Source: Phoronis australis (Eukaryota > Animalia > Phoronida). From it: DNA of 64,000 nt. Below are positions 43,077 through 57,532 of this stretch, one piece after another (positions within the stretch are counted from its first letter, which is position 1; the number at the start of each line of letters is the position of its first letter). The stretch lies in NCBI GenBank assembly GCA_002633005.1, contig NMRA01000085.1, positions 913,252-977,251 of the forward strand. Reading direction: 5' to 3'. The notes under the pieces are model-generated. The model ran no database searches. It was given only the letters and a program-made list of their open reading frames with translations, and was not told the DNA's origin. Position numbers and translations under genes: made by a program.

Positions 43077-46000
43077 TGGTCCAAGATCAAAGTTAACCTT
43101 TCATACTAGCCAACACCAAAACTTTGAGGGTTCAAAGATGATGTGGATAACACTGCACATTAACATCAAGAACAATATCACTTTACGTTGATGCAATTTT
43201 CGGTAAGCATTTACCAAGTCCAAGAATTTGAACTGAGTCCAGTTCTAACACTGATGAAAACCTAAAACTCCATGAATTCTAATTAAAAAGGCACTCAAGT
43301 ACCTGATCAATGATAGCTTGTCAACAAGTACTGAGAAATGTAATAAAAATAAAGCACGCACTCAAGTGACAGCCATTAAAGTCAAACTAAATAGCTTAAA
43401 CCTGGCCCACTAATCACTTTGAGGTTTTACATACAGGTATATGCTATTAGAATAGAGATTAAGTGCTTATGGAAAGTGTTTACCAAGTCTCATGATTTGT
43501 GTGCTGTATGAAAAGTTAAACCAGGAGAAAAACAATATGGCAGACAAGTGGCACTTTAATTTCACATTTTTTCATGTTGAACTCTCAACCTTGAAAATTT
43601 GAAAAATGGTGGATATTCCCAACAATGTTGTAATTCAAGGTTAGTTTTAGTAACAATTATTTTTGTCCAAAATCGATGAGGTGAACAGCCAACAGAAATA
43701 AACATAATCTTTCTACGAATCCCGATAGAGAACAGCACACTATTAAAGGAGTTGTTTAGGTAATATCTTTATTACCTTGGGACATCACCTTACCCACAAT
43801 GGTGACTGCCAAACAATTTGATTTAATTTACAATCGTCACCAAAAATCGAGTCGCGAAATAAGGCGAGTTAACATTTCTTGTTTTCTACTGCAATATTGA
43901 GGTCAGAACCGAGCCCATAGGTGTCACTTTTTCCACTTTTGCCATTATAACCTGCTTCCTTCTAGGCCAATCCTATCAACTCCTCAGCTTAGATAAAAGA
44001 ATGAATTTCACAACACTTAATGTCTATTCTATTTATTGCCCACTGATTCATTTACTACCACAACCAGGAAACATGGCACATGAACACAGATCGTGTTTTA
44101 TTTTGTAACACCTGACTGAGCAGAGATACTATGAATAGCTTTCTAATAACATGTGATCTATGAAGCGAAATGTGTTCCCCAACGAGTTGAGGACTACTTT
44201 TTAGTCATTCAAGAGGATATTTCAGACATTTGGCCTTTTTATCTGATGATGCTGAAGTTGAGACATTTGGCCTAATGATGCTGAAGTTGATCAGATCAGC
44301 AATAGTGTCGCCATCTTGTGGAAACAAGACAAGAACATTTTTTGATAAAAACATCAGCTTTGGCCATCTAGTGCAATACACATCATTATCCATTCTACAC
44401 TGAATAAATTTAGGTCCATACACCTGTACCTGAAGTTGTTCCTATGTCACAAATTAGGCGCATGCGCCTATGTGTGATGCACAGGTGCGAAATGCAGGAG
44501 AAAACTTCTAAAATATTACGCCGGTGAAACTTTCCAGTATAAAATGGAAGATGTTAGCGTGTCTTCAACACTAACTTTTAAATGATAACTATGATAGTGA
44601 AATGGAAAAACACAAAATTCTCAGTTTAAGACATGTGTATCTGCAGAGGATAACTACCTGTACCTTTGGGTAAACCATTTGCGCTTCTACCTATAAAACA
44701 TTCCAATGGTATTCAGACAAATGACCCAGAACTCCTGTCATAACGGCTAGGCTAAAGTCGAATACACCATCACAATAACCATCAAAAGTATCGTTTGATA
44801 GTACCTCTTACATAAGTAGGACCCCCAAATTTGGCTAAATTCAGAACATCGTATATCAGAAATCGCTGATCGGGCTCACATGAATCGTTCAGATACTATA
44901 TGCTGTAAGCACTGTTCTCCGAAACGCTGCAAGAAATTGTTTTTTAAAATGTTCAACTTTTGCAAGAAAAAAATGGGACTTGATCTTGATGAAAACAAAA
45001 TAATACTTTAGAAAACCATAAGAGATACCTCATTTGAAACATCTATATGGAATTAAATTTGATCACATTATTGCTTTGCTCTCAGTGAACCTTCCTTTTT
45101 GTAAAATTCTACAAAAAATGGCCATGTGACCCAACTAATAGCAGAATGATAAAAAGTTGAAAATTAAATTTGCGGGCTTTCTGCTAAAGACAAAATATAA
45201 TTTTACTTCATGTTAAAATCTATAGTTTTGTAGGTATTTGGCACCATGCGCAGACCTGTCAGAATGGTCCAACACTACCATAACATTTACATATAATACT
45301 GGTATATTGAACAATCTTACATGCTGGTCATCACTACTGCACACATGAATTTATGCATAACATCAACAATTGATTTTAAAGGCATATGTAGGATTCCAAT
45401 TTATTTTTATCAAGAACCACTACAGAAAAGAATGAAAAAGAACACGTTTTCTGGGGGTCTTTGGTATTCACGGAATAAAAACCATTATCTACTCTCGATG
45501 CTCCTCCCACTTGTATGTTTATTAATACTTAACGTCATCTAAAATCGGGGTATTTAAACATTTACCGAACATCATCTACAATGGAAGTACTTAGCAATGC
45601 ACCCATTAATCTATACTTCATAGAGGACAAAATGGCCGACAGGTGAAATTCTTATTTTGACAAATTTCTGCACAAAGATTAACAAAACTGCAGTCTATAA
45701 CTAGCATGGTTTGTACTGTGTAGATGTCATAGAACAGTTGTGGTAAATTTTCCTTATTTGAAATGACGTAATTAGCCTTTGATCCTGGCTCGAATCGAAT
45801 CACAAAATCCAAGAATGCTCGAAAGTCGATGTTCACACTGTGGGGGGAGGAATTGAATGCAAAGCGCTATGAACCATCCAAAACGTCGTAATTTGTTCAT
45901 GAAATGGCTATGCTGAAAATTCGCGTTTGGAAAAGTGAAAAACTAATTATTTTGCATTTAAGGTGAGAATTTAACCAAATTTTAGAAATACACAATACCT

Positions 46001-48353
46001 GCTGTGTCACATTCAAGAACTACCATCGATGATGAAGATTCTCCTTAGTTCATATTGCGTGCTATTTGGTTGCATGAAACGTGTCAACCACTATTTTCGA
46101 AGCTTTCACTAACTACCAACAAAACTCAGGTGTGCAACATTTAAGAAATACGACAAACGCCAAATTACCCATTATCCAACAGTCAGAATCAAGAAAATTC
46201 CAATTTCTGCTTGAATTTCTGTGTCCCAAATTTAGAGACCCCCAAACTGTAGAAAATTTTCTGTAGTCGAGTTCAAACGTCACTTTTATTGATACATCCA
46301 AAGCTGTACTTTATCAATTTTTTAGTTTAACGAATGCAATATCGAAAAACTTTATCAATACACCCTACATACTTGAAGAATCCCAGCCAATAAATTTTCA
46401 TTTGTAACTCAGAACAACCTACTCCCATGAACAAAGCCAGAAAGAAGGTAATGCCTACAATTCCTCTCGTTTGACACCAAAATAAGTGCAAAAATTCGAA
46501 TTTCTCATTTTTAGAAGACTAAGCTACATGGCTACAAATGATCAAAATTCTAGCACTTGTCGTTAATGACAGCTCAATACACAGTTTGCAAAAATTAGAA
46601 ATTTTTATAAAGAAATTGGAAAACTAAAAATTCCACTTGTCTGCCACATTACTTACTAAATGTTTGCTAAAATTCAAACAAAAATGACGCTCGAAATTGT
46701 TGTTTTTCATTTTTCAAATGGTAATTTTATCACCAAAAATTTTCAAAATAAATGGTGTGTTTGCTGATGACAGTGGTAAAGTTTCCAAATAATGAAACAA
46801 ACTTGTTTTCTTGTTTAAATTTTGCTAACATAAAATTTCACAGTTCTGACATTTAACAAGCAACAATTTCTCAAACCTGATCTGTCAATTTCTCTGACAG
46901 AATTTTTACCATGTTTTTAGATAATTCATGGTAGTTGTCTGTAAGATGGCTGACATCTGTGTAAATGGCAGGCCCACGTACGGATTAAATGTAATACGAT
47001 TGACGATGGAAATCCTTTCGATTACAAAGGATTAAAAACATTGCAAAATTGATAGGCCAGCTAGAACACCTCCAGAGTGACAATCAAGACTTTAATTACT
47101 GACATGACACAACATTACACCCCACCTTGAGCAATTATACAGGTAATCAAGTCTGTATAATAAGAAGCCGTACCGCAAACTGGATCGCACAAATAGGTGC
47201 TCAGATATCAGACAAATGCACAAGATCGTAATTCAACTCTCGACCCTAGAACTATTTTCTCTTGCTCACTAACCTCAGGACTTCAGCCTTTAGGGGAGCA
47301 TCGGTTAGCTAGAAACGTTATACCCTATCCTAAAAACACCTCACAACTTTGCTGGAGTTTAATCCCTTCAAAGTTATCCACAAAGGTGGTGCTAGGAATT
47401 CACAGAATGACTTTGTTTTCAACCCTAAAGCATAAACCATGCACAACGCTGAAAAATTATCTTTGATATAATCTTTATTGACAAAAATGAAATTTCACTT
47501 ATGCGCCATAATGCTCCCCCAATTGAAGAAATTTATTGTTTTCCCCGGAACAAACGGTTAAGTCATGTAATAGCACATTTCAAAAATCATTCCGGCAAAA
47601 CAACGTTGCTCCCATCATGTCGGCTAATACATCTCCCAGAAACAACTCATAACAAAATGCCGTTGCGGGAAATTTCTAATAACAGAAATTATAGTGATTC
47701 TACCTTACTAGCATTCTACTCAGTTGCCTTTCATTCACGACTACCATAGAAGGTTGCTATGACGAAGAACTCGGCTTTTTTTCCAACCGACATGACGGGG
47801 ATTGGAGGGTCATTTTGCTTGAATACTTTTGGCGTGTTCAATAACTCTGCAGCATGTAATCTATTTAGAACTGTTGTATCCATGGTAATCAGTACATTAT
47901 CCCTTTTTTCTAGCTTGCACAAGATAGTGCACCCTTTCTCGTTGCTCTACAAGTAACCTGCAGGTTATAAGGAGACTCATAGTTTTGCCACAGCCAACAA
48001 GTACCAAGTTGTAAATAAATTTTGACATCAATGTCTTGCCATGGCAACCAAATTAAATATTCAAATGTAATTCTTTGTGAATGATAAAAAACAAAGCACT
48101 CTTCTTAACTTAATTTCCTATTCAAGAGGATATTGTGAAAATAATAAACATTGTGGGTTCAGCTGTCTATTACACAACTGCAGTCGATAAAAGCAGCACA
48201 CTAAACACATTTGCTGTTCTTCAGCAACATTTTGCACTGATATTTTGACCTCACATCTCCAATTGCTTATCTATTTGCCACACTTTACAGCCCAAGACTT
48301 CAACTGAACTAGACCCGCTTGACTAAGAAAACCCTTAACCTGGAACAGCACTA

Positions 48354-48601
48354 TACGTTAAAACCTCACCAAATTAGGGCACAACATGGCGGACAAGTGA
48401 AATTTATGTTTTCGTTTTTAAATAAAAGATCAGACGCACCAAATGAATGCTATACCGTTTTAAATGTCTGTGCCATAGCTAACTTCAGACAATGTTTCCA
48501 GCAACTGTGGACATTCAAAACGATATTAGAAGCATTTGAAAGATGAAAAAAGACCTACTTTGGCAATTATTTAGGTCCGAAACTAGAAAGATTTTACTGT
48601 A
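48354..48601. mobile_element. Tc1/mariner-type MITE, family A
   Basis: Starts TACGTTAAAACCTCACCAAATTAGGGCACAACATGGCGGACAAGTGAAATTT and ends GATTTTACTGTA. Further diverged copies lie near 27812-28043, 33586-33826, 39688, 43515 and 57418-57615. Confidence 0.7.
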
Positions 48602-50407
48602 ACAATCACAGAGAACAGGTCATTACTTGTAGAAGACGTCATCTCTCTTCGTGCCATGCATGTTACTTCAAAAGAAAACTGATCACTGACATACACACAT
48701 CCATCTTCCAGAAGGTACAGCAATTATTTCACTCATCATAACCACAGATAGAGTGATCATTGTTATTAGCCGAGAAAATAGATTGTTGCCAAAACTAAAA
48801 TTACCATGGCAACACAATCGCTGAGGGAAAAGATGTTTGTACGTGATCATGTTCCGTTGAATTTCAAAAAGCCTAATAATGACATTACGAGAGCGAGAGA
48901 TTGTAAAAGTTCTCGTGAACCGGTCAACCAACCTAAGTATTCTCAGAGGACGAGCAATATTTATTACGAGAGTGTTTACACTTGAGAAACCTCCAAGGAA
49001 TTTGAAAACTGAAGTAAGGAAAAAGACGGCACGATTGATTCTGGTCATTTTGAAACCTGCGCCTTACTGTGGAAGAAAATGGAATGACATCAAACCGTTC
49101 AGCAAGCATCACGTGACCTTTTCTTTTCGAAAACCTGGACAACTAAAAATACCTAATCAATTTTCGAAAAAACACAGACCATAACCAATTATGCCGTTTC
49201 CTTTGAACTAATGAAAGCAAACGGCATTAATGCACTTTCTGAAAATGTCGCAGGAGTGCAAAGAGTTCAACGACTTCTAAGTCACCGGATATTAAAAGTG
49301 CTGAACCAGATTTTGGTATACAAAGTGATTAAAGTTCACATTAACTAACGCTTTTAATACGTTACACATTTAAACGAATCCTGATGTTTTATCTGGGTAC
49401 AAAAAATTGTCAAAATGGGTTGTCCTTGAATTCTCAGATGTCAAATGTCGTAAAAACAAAATAATCGGCGTCTCCAGAAAAGGCTGAAACACTGGCAATC
49501 AAATGCCAATGACCTCAAATTTTGCCGACAACTTTTTAATAGCATATTCAAATGAATACAAAAGTATTTAGTGTGGTTGCAGTCATGTGTTTACGACTGT
49601 CTTTAGCTGAGACTGGACATATGAACTTTAATATGAGAACTCGGGATGATTGTAAGCTTATGGAAAAAAACAAAAGCAATGAGGATTATACCTGTGTACA
49701 ATAAACTTTCTACATATTTAAAAATCTTACCAATTTATGACACAATGTGACCCATAAGTAACACTCTACAATTTCCTCTTTTCATAACAGAGAAGTAAAA
49801 AAAATAAACAATTTTTGGTACTAACAGACAACGGTTTAAAAAATGAAGGAAAATCAGTTTTTGAAAGTTAATTTTTTTTCAAAATTGGTGAGATTTAACC
49901 GTAATTTGTCACTCTTACTCACATTTAACGCAAACAAGATTTTCTTTCATACTAACATGTCGTCTTCTCTCCCATGTCAGCCAAATGCTGAATGGTCACA
50001 ACAAACCTATCACATCACTTTTCATGACTGTGCACAAAATAATAGTTTTGTGGAAAATTTAAAAATGTTGATCATTTTAGCAAAAAATAACAATTTCTGA
50101 TTGTTCAGAAACTTTGTTCAGTTATATCCTGAAGAAAATGCAGTACTTGTCGACTAGTTATTAAGTAGATGCAGACTCTATTGTTCATTGCGTCATGCGA
50201 TTTGTAAATGTTCATGCTAGAACGAAATAAATGTATTTAAAAAATGAAATTGCCAAATTCGCAAGATATTCCCTCACTGAGCATGGTTAGCTTAATAAAA
50301 ATTCAAGATCCCTGGTGCCAAAATTTTGGGCTAATTTTCAAGCAACTTAAAGTTGTTTCATCATTCAACCTCTTTGAAAACTGCTGCACTAAACATAGTC
50401 CTCTCAC

Positions 50408-50563
50408 CTGTGACCTTTCGGCAGTCTCCGCTTTCTCCTTCCGTGAACCCCGCTGAGCACTCCCCGCAATGGTTCTCTGTTTCCCGACATGGCTGTCTAT
50501 TTAAATACCTACATATCTGTATATCAGGACATTTCCGCCGGTTGTAGTAGTCAAACTGTGATT
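50408..50563 (-). CDS. NPDC1: NPDC1-like gene, first visible coding exon (Cys-rich ectodomain)
   Basis: Acceptor ctttttctaatggtcgttgcag, donor G|gtgaga; 156 nt, phase 1-1. Encodes (E)SQFDYYNRRKCPDIQICRYLNRQPCRETENHCGECSAGFTEGESGDCRKVT, whose six-Cys spacing resembles the NPDC1 N-terminal Cys cluster. Confidence 0.85.
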
Positions 50564-50788
50564 CTGCAACGACCATTAGAAAAAGTTAAAATTGGTGGCC
50601 ATTCAACAGTCGACAGGTCACCACTGTTCTCCGTGATATGTGTTCAGTCAACAGTTATTTACAGGGCTCACAGACTTTGAGAACCAATTTCATGTCTGTT
50701 TTTCAGCGGAGAAAACTGGTTATCAAAATAGGGGACCCCTGAGAGAGTCTAATACATGTGGCCATGACTGGTTTGCAACACTTGTGAC

Positions 50789-50898
50789 TGCAGCGTACAA
50801 ATGGATGCCCTAGCACTAATATGGCCGGCCTGGCAAGGACTCACAATTATCATTTGGACCCACACTATAAATATATGAACCTTTCAAGTTTGGACACA

Positions 50899-50958
<60 letters not shown>

Positions 50959-51312
50959 TTGTAATGATTACTAGGAAGCCTATGAAGACTCACAGTGGTG
51001 ACTTTTTTCAAAGCAGGAAGACATATACAATGTATATACAAAGTATAAGCAATGTTGCTATGCTCACACTTGGTTGATAGCATTGTAAAAGTCTTGGTCT
51101 ACACATTTTTTTACTTAAAAAGCTCACAACAGAAGGCTGTTTTGTAAACTTAGATGTAAAAACCTTGGACTATGCATTTTTTTGTAAAAAAATCTGTGTG
51201 TTTGGGGGGATTGCTGGGGGTGGGGAGGATATGCGTCGGAATCATGGACGCCCTGGAATATTGGGAACCCCATTTTGGACACCCTACTTTCGAAATCCTG
51301 GATAAAGGCCTG
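50789..51312. mobile_element. Second, inverted copy of the 498-bp hAT family, with one TIR truncated and an internal microsatellite
   Basis: Reverse-complement similarity to 62012-62509 along its length (both give the spurious IMDALEYWEPHFGHP translation). Intact end GGATAAAGGCCTG at 51312; the other end lacks the outer TIR bases. Confidence 0.85.
50894..50958. repeat. (CACG)n/(CA)n microsatellite
   Basis: Read directly; absent from the sister element at 62012-62509. Confidence 0.95.
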
Positions 51313-52163
51313 TTGTGTGGTTCTAACACATTCGAATTTTTGGTTGAGATCATTGAGGCAGCTAACGTGGCAAAAATTCAGATGTAATCATTTTCAATAT
51401 TGTATTGACATTTGGGTGGTGTTTCCACAGATCACGAAACTGTGACAAGAATACACGGCACCACTTTGAATGTACTGAGGACTCATCAGTTGTAGTTACA
51501 CCGAAACATAATTTGGAATGAACTAATGTGACAACTCGACTGTACTTAACTTACTAGGAATTCTTACAAATCATTAATCAACGATCATAATACTGGCAAG
51601 GAGCCACTTATTGATGATTGAACAGAGATCTCACCTGGGAAGTCCAAGAGAAGAAGGGTAAAATTGGACCAATTTTGGACAAAAACGATTGCCAAAATTG
51701 TCCTTTCTTCTTTTTAAAGGCTCCTAAAATTGTTGTGAATGCCCATATTTTTTTCAAAACAATGTTATGTTAACAAACTTGAAAATGGTAAAGGATTACT
51801 TTGGAGAGCTATTTATCATTCAAAAAATAAAATAAAATTTTACTTTTCGACCAAATTGCTCATAGTGAATCTAACTTCTTGTCAGTACGCCCTCTGCATG
51901 CTCACTTTCAATGTAAATTTAACATACCAGGTGCACTCTGAATGATGTAGTGCTTGCTCTAAATGGATAGCCATTTTCCAGTATAGCGAAAAAATGAAAT
52001 AAGCCTTCTTGTACATCGAGTGCAGTGCTTGGTGCACAACCAGTATTTTACTTACCAATGTATGTTTGTGTTTTACATTTTACATGAGAACCTGCCAAAT
52101 AAACCTATCTAGATATACATGTTCCCACGGAAGCAGTTACTTAAGAAAGCGTCAGTAGATTCA

Positions 52164-55100
52164 AGGAGTTTCCCAAAAAAGCTGCGTTTTATATTTCAAT
52201 TAGACTTAACGACAGTCCTGAATAGATAAGGCAGATCATGTTTAGCTCATTTTGTCAGTTGGCAAACTCATCATCCATGATAAGCTACAATCATCTACTT
52301 AGTGCCAACTGGGGGCTGATGGAAACGTCCATATGCATCATTAATACGCCATTAGTGATGGCAAAATGGACAGAATTCCTGCAGAATAAAAATGATAAGT
52401 GGAAATTATAACGAGAGGTGAACAGCAAACAAAACCAGTTTCAGAAACAGCAAAACAAAGATTGCATTGGCAAAAACAAATGCAAATACACGAACGAGGT
52501 CAAAGGCAAATGTAACAATCCACAGATAGGTAAATCTAATTACCAATTTCTCTAAAATGCCTGGAAATATAAATCCCTGTTTTTATAATTAGTATCTTTT
52601 ACATAATTTAAGCATCCTTCAGGAAGCCCTAGAAGGCTGATTTCATCAACTATTCTGTAATGAGTACAAATAGCTCCCAGCCTTCAGCTGCCCAACTTCA
52701 CAGAACACAGGAACAACCTACCGTAGCACAAAATGAAACAGAAAGGGAACTGTGGTATTCTAATAGAACTCCAGTGTAAAAAATGGATCAGTATCAAATG
52801 AAATGTTTTGAAATGTTTAAACAATGGTTATGTAATTAGCTTAAAATACTTTTGACACATTTGCCTATCTGACTATCTGATATGAGACAGATGTGTTCAC
52901 ATAACAGTGGAGATCAAATTGGCAATACCGTTGTTTTGCAATGAATGTACCAGAACTACTTTGCTGTACCTTGGTCATGTGACTCAATTAATGCTGCTAC
53001 AAGGCAAAAATCAAATTCAGTAGCTTTTTCTAGTTTCAAAAAACATTTTCACAAAAAGTATCGAGAGTGGCATAGACAGAGGCTTCGAATTCCCAAGTTT
53101 CTTTCATTTCTACAGCGGATTTTTTATTTATACTTCACTCAGGCTGTTCACGTGGCGGATCACATCCTATATGTATGTACTTGCGCATTAGGCTGCAAGT
53201 TTTCTCTAGTAAAAGAAACAGTTTTAAATGTAGCGATTTATTATTTGAAAAGAAATAACAAAGATAAAAACAACAGTAACTGTGCATTGAACTTGTAACA
53301 TCTCCTGAAAATAGTTAAATAACAACATTTGATATTGTAGTTACCGAGGACTAAGGACTCCGCGCCTAAGTTGCAGACAATAAATATTTAGCAATTGAAA
53401 ACTGAGACAGAAGTGTCATATACAGTATTTAACAGTTTAGTACCAGATGTTACGTTTAGGGCCTGTTAGCATGTCTTACACTGCTACAACTGCATAAGTT
53501 TAAATAATATTCGAAAATTTGATGATAGAACTGGCTAATGACGTCTAGTCGACATTGACCTACCTTTTGAACTTTCCATGTCGGAGGTCATTGTTGAAGT
53601 AGTGCGGGAGGTGAATACGGAAAATGTTATGACATGGCCGCATTGCACTCGACTGATTCAATGCGTATTGGATAAATATTTTTACCGAATTAAAGTAAAT
53701 TTATCTGTAGACAATTGGTTGAATTTACAGATTTGTACGATGAGGTCCTATATAAACTCAACCTGAGAATGTTAAAGCTGTATTTTATCTGATGTCAACG
53801 ATGAATTCTTAACAGAATGACATTTAAAACACCATACTAATCCTATCTTGAATTGTAGTCCAATAAGCCAGCGACTCAAGTCATAGGCTATGTGTATATG
53901 AGGCATTTTCAATCAATTTGCAATTTTAGGGTTGGCCAATCCCAGTAAACTATGAAGGGTTTTCTTAAGTCACCGATGATTTTGGTATTCTTGTTGGGAA
54001 CGGAAAAAGAATCCTATCACGGTACAGGATATTATGAGACCGATTATACAAGACCAAAACACCTCATTCGATTTTCCTTTTTCAGCCAATCAAACGGGGT
54101 GAAATGCAGTATAAAGATCAAAAGTATTTTGCTCGTTAAATAATATCAGGGCTGACGAGTACAGCAGTCGGAAACTTGAGTATGCAGGCAACATGCTTAA
54201 GAAATCAGGACTTCAAATTCAAAGGGTTCAGAAGAGTCCATTACAATCGAGGAAATAACAAAATTTCAAAATGATAAGTCATCCACAAGATAGGGAACTC
54301 TACCACATGTGACTTTAGTTACCATGGCAAATCACGTTGCTCTGTGGGTGTGATTAAACAGTAAGGTAATTGACTAGATCAAGCAGAGACAATTAACTGT
54401 TGCTCTTGGTGATGCTTCACGTGGGTGAAATTGTCAGCACTGACAGCACAATTGTCAGTACTGACAGCACAATCGCAGCCTCTGATGATACATTAAAAAA
54501 TCGCCCATTTAGGACATAATATGGTGGTCATATAAGTAGCACGGATTGTGTGTTTTTACCATTTTCAAGTTCTGTACTCTAGCTACTGTCAGGCAATGGT
54601 GGGNAGGAGTTTCCCAAAAAAGCTGCGTTTTATATTTTAATTAGACTTAACGACAGTCCTGAATAGATAAGGCAGATCATGTTTAGCTCATTTTGTCAGT
54701 TGGCAAACTCATCACCCCTGATAAGCTACAATCATCTACTTAGTGCCAACTGGGGGCTGATGGAAATGTCCATATGAATCATTAATACGCCATTAGGGAT
54801 GGCAAAATGGACAATTCCTGCAGAATAAAAATGAAAGGTGGAAATTGTAACGAGAGGTGAACAGCAAACACAACCAGTTTCAGAGACAGAAAAACAAAAA
54901 CTCCATTGGGGAAAACAAATGCAAATACACCAATGAGGTCAAACGCCAATGTAACAATCCACAGATAGGTAAATCTAATTAACAACTTCTCTAAAATGCC
55001 TGGAAATATAAATCCCTGTTTTTATAATTAGTATCTTTTACATAATTTAAGCATCCTTCAGGAAGCCCTAGAAGGCTGATTTCATCAACTATTCTGTAAT

Positions 55101-57532
55101 GAGTGCAAATAGCTCCCAGCCTTCAGCTGCCCAACTTCACAGAACGCAGGAACAGCCTAGCACAAAATGAAACAGAAAGGGAACTGTGGTATTGTAATAG
55201 AACTCTAGTGTAAAAAATGGATCAGTATCAAATTAGAAATGTTTTGAAATGTTTAAACAATGGTTATGTAATTAGCTTTAAATACTTGTGACACATTTGC
55301 CTATCTGACTATTTGATCTGAGACAGATGTGCTCACAACAGTGGTGATCAAAAACATTGCTTAAGTATTACCGAGTTCCTGCTCCTAATTCTAAAACAGG
55401 ACTGTAGAGAATTTTGAAATGATAATTTAGAAAACTGTGACTGTTACTGCGACGTCACACTGAATATTTAAATCAAAGGATATAAATAGGTAAATAAAAC
55501 AACAAGAATGGATCAACTGAAATTTTCGGATGTAATAACGTCCTTTGTCAACAGAAACAGAAATAAAGTAAAATCAAACACTATATGACAATTGACATTT
55601 TACTTTATTTCTGTTTCTGTTGACAAAGGACGTTATAACATCCGAAAATTTCAGTTGCTCCATTCTTGTTGTTTTATTTACCTATTTATATTCTACATTT
55701 CGTGAAACAATAGTATCCTTGGGAGGATCTGGATCGCCTTATTTAGTTTCAGATTTATTTTCTACGTTATAAATCAAAGGAAAAATGGTATGTTGGCAAT
55801 ACCATTGTTGTGCAATGAATGTACCAGAACTACTTTGCTGTATTTCACTAGAACAACTTGGTAATGTGACTAAATTAATGGTAGACTGCTATAAGGCAAA
55901 AATCAAATTCTGTAGCTTTTTCTAGTTTCAAAAAACATATACACAAAACGTATCGAGAGAGTGGCATAGATGAAGTAATATCTCACGAGACATTATTCTG
56001 CGTATCGACTGAGGCTTCGAATTCCTAAGTTTCTTTCATTTCTTCGGTGGATTTTTTAAATAATTCACACAGGCTGTTCACATGGCGGATCACATCCTAT
56101 ATGTATGTACTTGCACGTTAGGCTGCAAGTTTTCTCCAGTAAAATAAACAGTTTAAAATGTAGCGATTTATTACTTGAAAACAAATAACAAAGATAAAAA
56201 CAACAGTAACTGTGCATTGAACTTGTAACATCTCCTGAAAATAGTTAAATAACAACGTTTGATTTTGTAGTTACCGAGGACTCGGCGCCTGAGTTGCAGA
56301 CGATAAATATTTAGCAATTTAAAACTGAGACAGAAGTGTCACATACCCTAATTAACAGTTTTGTACCAGATGTTACCTTCAGGACCTGTTAGCATTTTAC
56401 TGTTGTTTACACCGCTACAACTGTATTACTTTAAATTATATTGGAAAATTTGATGATCGAATTGGCTAACGATGTCTAGTCGACATTGACCTACCTTTTG
56501 AACTTTCCATGTCGGAGGTCATTCTTGATTGTTGAAGTAGTGCGGGAGGTGAATACGGAAAACGTTATAACATGGCCGCATTGCACTCGACTGATTCAAT
56601 GCGTATGGGATAAATATTTTTACCGAATTAAAATAAATTTGTCTGTAGGTAACTGGTTGAATTTACAGACTTGTACGATGAGGTCCAACATAAACTCAAC
56701 CAGAGAATGTTAAAGCTGTATTTTACCAGATGTCAACGATGAATTCTTAACAGAATGACGTTTAAAAAATCTAATCTTGAAATGTAGTCCAATAAGCCAG
56801 CGACTCAAGTCATAGGCGATGTGTATACGAGGCATTTTCAATCAACATGCAATTTTAGGGTTGGCCAATCCCAGTAAACTATGAAGGGTTTTCTTAAGTC
56901 ACCGATGATTTTGGTATTCTTGTTGGGAACGGAAAAAGAATCCTATCACGGTACAGGATATTATGAGACCGATTATACAAGACCAAAACACCTCATTCGA
57001 TTTTCCTTTTTCAGCCAATCAAACGGGGTGAAATGCAGTATAAAGATCAAAAGTATTTTGCTCGTTAAATAATATCAGGGCTGACGAGTACAGCAGTCGG
57101 AAACTTGAGTATGCAGGCAACATGCTTAAGAAATCAGGACTTCAAATTCAAAGGGTTCAGAAGAGTCCATTACAATCGAGGAAATAACAAAATTTCAAAA
57201 TGATAAGTCATCCACAAGATAGGGAACTCTACCACATGTGACTTTAGTTACCATGGCAAATCACGTTGCTCTGTGGGTGTGATTAAACAGTAAGGTAATT
57301 GACTAGATCAAGCAGAGACAATTAACTGTTGCTCTTGGTGATGCTTCACGTGGGTGAAATTGTCAGCACTGACAGCACAATTGTCAGTACTGACAGCACA
57401 ATCGCAGCCTCTGATGATACATTAAAAAATCGCCCATTTAGGACATAATATGGTGGTCATATAAGTAGCACGGATTGTGTGTTTTTACCATTTTCAAGTT
57501 CTGTACTCTAGCTACTGTCAGGCAATGGTGGG
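52164..57532. repeat. Apparent tandem duplication (52164-54603 and 54605-57532) joined by N at 54604
   Basis: Copies are diverged in the 5' part and appear identical over the last 650 bp or so. The second copy has an extra 440 bp. Confidence 0.93.
55480..55691. repeat. Near-perfect inverted repeat (95-bp arms, 22-nt loop)
   Basis: 55480-55574 is the reverse complement of 55597-55691, with two mismatches seen. Confidence 0.93.

Noticed and set aside
51172-51387. Repeated peptide IMDALEYWEPHFGHP (also at 61982-62200), suggesting a gene family
   Set aside because: It is the translation of two copies of a non-coding hAT MITE.
22368-57072. Paired identical ORFs (22368/23886, 35680/36964, 53578/56486, 53952/56881)
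   Set aside because: They are by-products of the N-joined duplicated blocks, not paralogous genes.
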